From assembly GCF_000315625.1 (NCBI RefSeq), contig NW_005434641.1, positions 449,113 through 513,112 of the forward strand: a stretch of DNA of 64,000 bases, given 5' to 3'. Below the pieces are notes generated by a model. That model ran no database searches. It worked only from the letters and a program-made list of their open reading frames with translations, and was not told the DNA's origin. Position 1 is the first letter of the stretch, and each line of letters starts with the position of its first letter. Of this stretch, positions 61,618 through 64,000 are shown piece by piece. This stretch comes from Guillardia theta CCMP2712. Its lineage: Eukaryota; Protista; Cryptophyta. Both the position numbers and the translations under genes were made by a program.

Positions 61618-63848
61618 ATGCCAAGGGAGGAGGAGAAGGGTGCTATGGTAGTTGCAAACGATGAAGATGAAGATGTAGCGTCTGCAGACATGGTGTGAGT
61701 CTCGCAGTTGACACCATCGTTTTAGTTCAAATGTTCGACCCCGGTACCATGATGCTTTCGCGGGCCAACAAAGGGGAAACGAGGTAGATAGTTCTTGAGA
61801 ATCGCAGAATGAGCGCGTAAGTTGACTGGGAATCAAATTGGGTTTCGTGTAGGAAAACATATGTACACCAGAAAAGAGAACCAAGTAACATGAAGTAACA
61901 GTTCAAGGCACTTGCCGAGCAAACTTTTCCTTGGTACTGATGCTGGCGTGTGAAGGGACGAAGCATTCGCTGCCGCTCAATATGTATTGATGATCAAAGA
62001 TATGGAAGGAATCTTTGCAGACCTCATATGCAGGCCTCCACGGTATCTGATTTACCCAACCATCGGTCCATTCATTTAACGTTTCGCCACAACAGGAAGC
62101 GCTACTCCATTGAGGAGTTGGGGCCAGAAACATTTTGGCTCAATGGAGACCTGTACATCAGGAAGGACTTCCAGGCAGCGCGTCTTTTGTCCTTATTCGC
62201 ACTGTATCTGACGAGCCAGAGCAGCTTAAGAACAGAAGCCAGATGAGTATTGCCTGCAGCCATTACTTTCCGGTTTGCAAGAAATCTGGTATCCCTTGCT
62301 TGCATGATTTCGAATGCGATTTTGTAGTCAACAGATAGCAGGTCAAGCCAAGAAGAGCATCCCTTGTGTCGTGTACCTGCACGGCAACAGCGGCTGCCGT
62401 CTGGAAGCAGATGAGCTAGCAGACGAGTAATTGCAGTGGAGGGATGGACTCGGAACTGAGTATTGTAACCCTTCCAGCTTTCTGAGCACAGGGATATCCT
62501 TCTTCAGGTGAGGTGTAAGAACGATCGAGGAGGGGCTGCTCACCGTCTCTGCAGCGTCGACTTTGCAGGATGCGGTGTATCCGACGGAAACATCGTGACG
62601 CTCGGGTATCGGGAGGTGCACGTCCATAACCTGAGGGGCCGAGGCAGCTGACCTCAAGTTGCAACAGAGAGAAGACTTGGAGGCGATCTTGGACTATCTC
62701 AAGGTTGATGTGGATGCAAGTCTCTCCCTTCCTCCTCTCCCCCTTCCCCCTCTTCCCCTCTCTCGTTCTCTCGTCACTCATGCGCTGATAGGATGATTCG
62801 TGCGTGTCCAATGTCGCACTGTACGGAAGGCAAGAGCAGCGATCGTCTGTGTTGCTGTTTTGACGTTGGGTGTAGGAGCATGGGAGCAGCCACTGCCCTG
62901 CTGGTGGCTTCGGACGATAGATACTATGCTTTCATCTCTTGCATGGTCTTGGACAGCTGCTACTGCTCCCTCAGACAGGTTCGATTGTGACCAGTCAGTT
63001 TCAAGGGCACCGATGGCTTCGACAGGTGCTTTTGGATCATGCATGCAAGTTCACAGGGCACATTCCGCTTCTCCCATACGAGGTCAACTCTTAACTCAGC
63101 GGTAACTCATTGATCGAAAGTCATCAGACTGTGGCGGACAGCGCTGTGGAAGTAGTTCGTTCGGCAGTTGAGGCCCGGGTAACTTCTCGATGCTTCATCT
63201 CCTTGCTCAGTCATGCTGATCCTTGTTCGACGCAGGCCGGATTTGACCTCGACACTCTCGACCTTCTCAAGGTGTAGCGTTGCAGCTTTAATGTCTTCCT
63301 GGACTCACACCTGATAGGTGGCCTCCCTCTGCCAAGCTCCAGTCCTGTTCGGGCATGCGAGCGAAGATCATCTAGTCAACGCAGCTCATTCCTACAGGTG
63401 GCTTGCTGTCCTGCTGGTTCCAACCTCCCTCCTGCTCTGACTGCCAGGGCCTTGGCCTCTCGACAGATTATATCGCGAGTACGGTGGCGAGAAGGACATC
63501 ACCATCTTCAAGGGAGATCACAACAGCCCGCGGCCCCAAGACTTCACGAACAGGCTCGAGCCCTTTTTGGTTGATTTGGTTCGGCTTACCTCCCGCCTTT
63601 GCAGAGCTCGTGATTTTCTTGTCAAGAAGTTGAAGTCTGCAGAGACCGATTTCAATCAGATTCGAAAGGTGCACAAAATGCTCTGGTTCCATGTCATCCC
63701 TGTGACAATGAAGCAGAGGAAGAGGATCTTTCATCGCATGAAGTTCCATCTCTTCAAGAATTCTGCGTTAAAGGCCAAGAAGGAGCCTGTCTACAAACTT
63801 GGCGCGGTTGCGGTGATTGAGCTGCGTGGGAACCAGGACACGATCTGA
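61618..63848 (+). CDS. Alpha/beta-hydrolase of the YqkD-like eukaryotic family; start uncertain
   Basis: LICRPPR, RKDFQLKN...CSHY, PCVVYLHGNSGCR, DFAGCGVSDG..VTLG, YGR|SMGA nucleophile elbow, HASEDHLV and FKGDHNSPRP. Confidence 0.9.
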
Positions 63849-64000
63849 ACGCTTGTTGGCAGGCAAGAAGTGAATGTAACGGATCGACCACGAGCAAAGA
63901 GCAAAGTCAGGAGGTCCGAGAAATTAAGTTAGATGATCACACGAATTTCTTTCTGGTGTTGGTTGGCAGTATTGTCGCGGTCGTCGTCCTGTACGTGTTG

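Noticed and set aside
49418-63848. A functional lipidation gene cluster (CaaX EF-hand, MGC-LRR, alpha/beta-hydrolase)
   Set aside because: The genes are not adjacent, the motifs are common, and the hydrolase is not demonstrably a depalmitoylase.

Overview
Gene-dense, intron-rich eukaryotic nuclear DNA. The 45-60 nt spliceosomal introns, microsatellite-expanded introns and gene families suggest a cryptophyte alga such as Guillardia theta (inference). I can support about 21 protein-coding genes, assembled by hand from exons. Well-supported calls: UPF1, glutaminyl-tRNA synthetase, a Zn2Cys6 transcription factor, a PGPG-repeat (ODF3/SHIPPO-like) protein, an ankyrin protein, a class-3 lipase, an HMG-box/zinc-ribbon protein, an EF-hand protein with a CaaX tail, a dual-specificity phosphatase, an MGC-acylated LRR protein and a YqkD-type alpha/beta-hydrolase. 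Less obvious calls: a FIRRM/C1orf112-like protein, an LRR-BRCT-BRCT-Tudor-LRR protein, and a stand-alone ArgRS/AIMP1-like leucine zipper. No rRNA, tRNA, CRISPR array or recognisable transposase was seen; there is one 100-N gap. The most striking non-coding structure has four parts: (i) near-perfect +/- alternation of gene orientation; (ii) a recurring modular intergenic pattern of GGGTA/GTAC blocks, AT-rich blocks and CCGG/AACTT/ACTGAGT palindrome blocks; (iii) frequent GC-AG introns; (iv) introns that are either polypurine or polypyrimidine. Exon boundaries and family calls were made by eye, with no database search.
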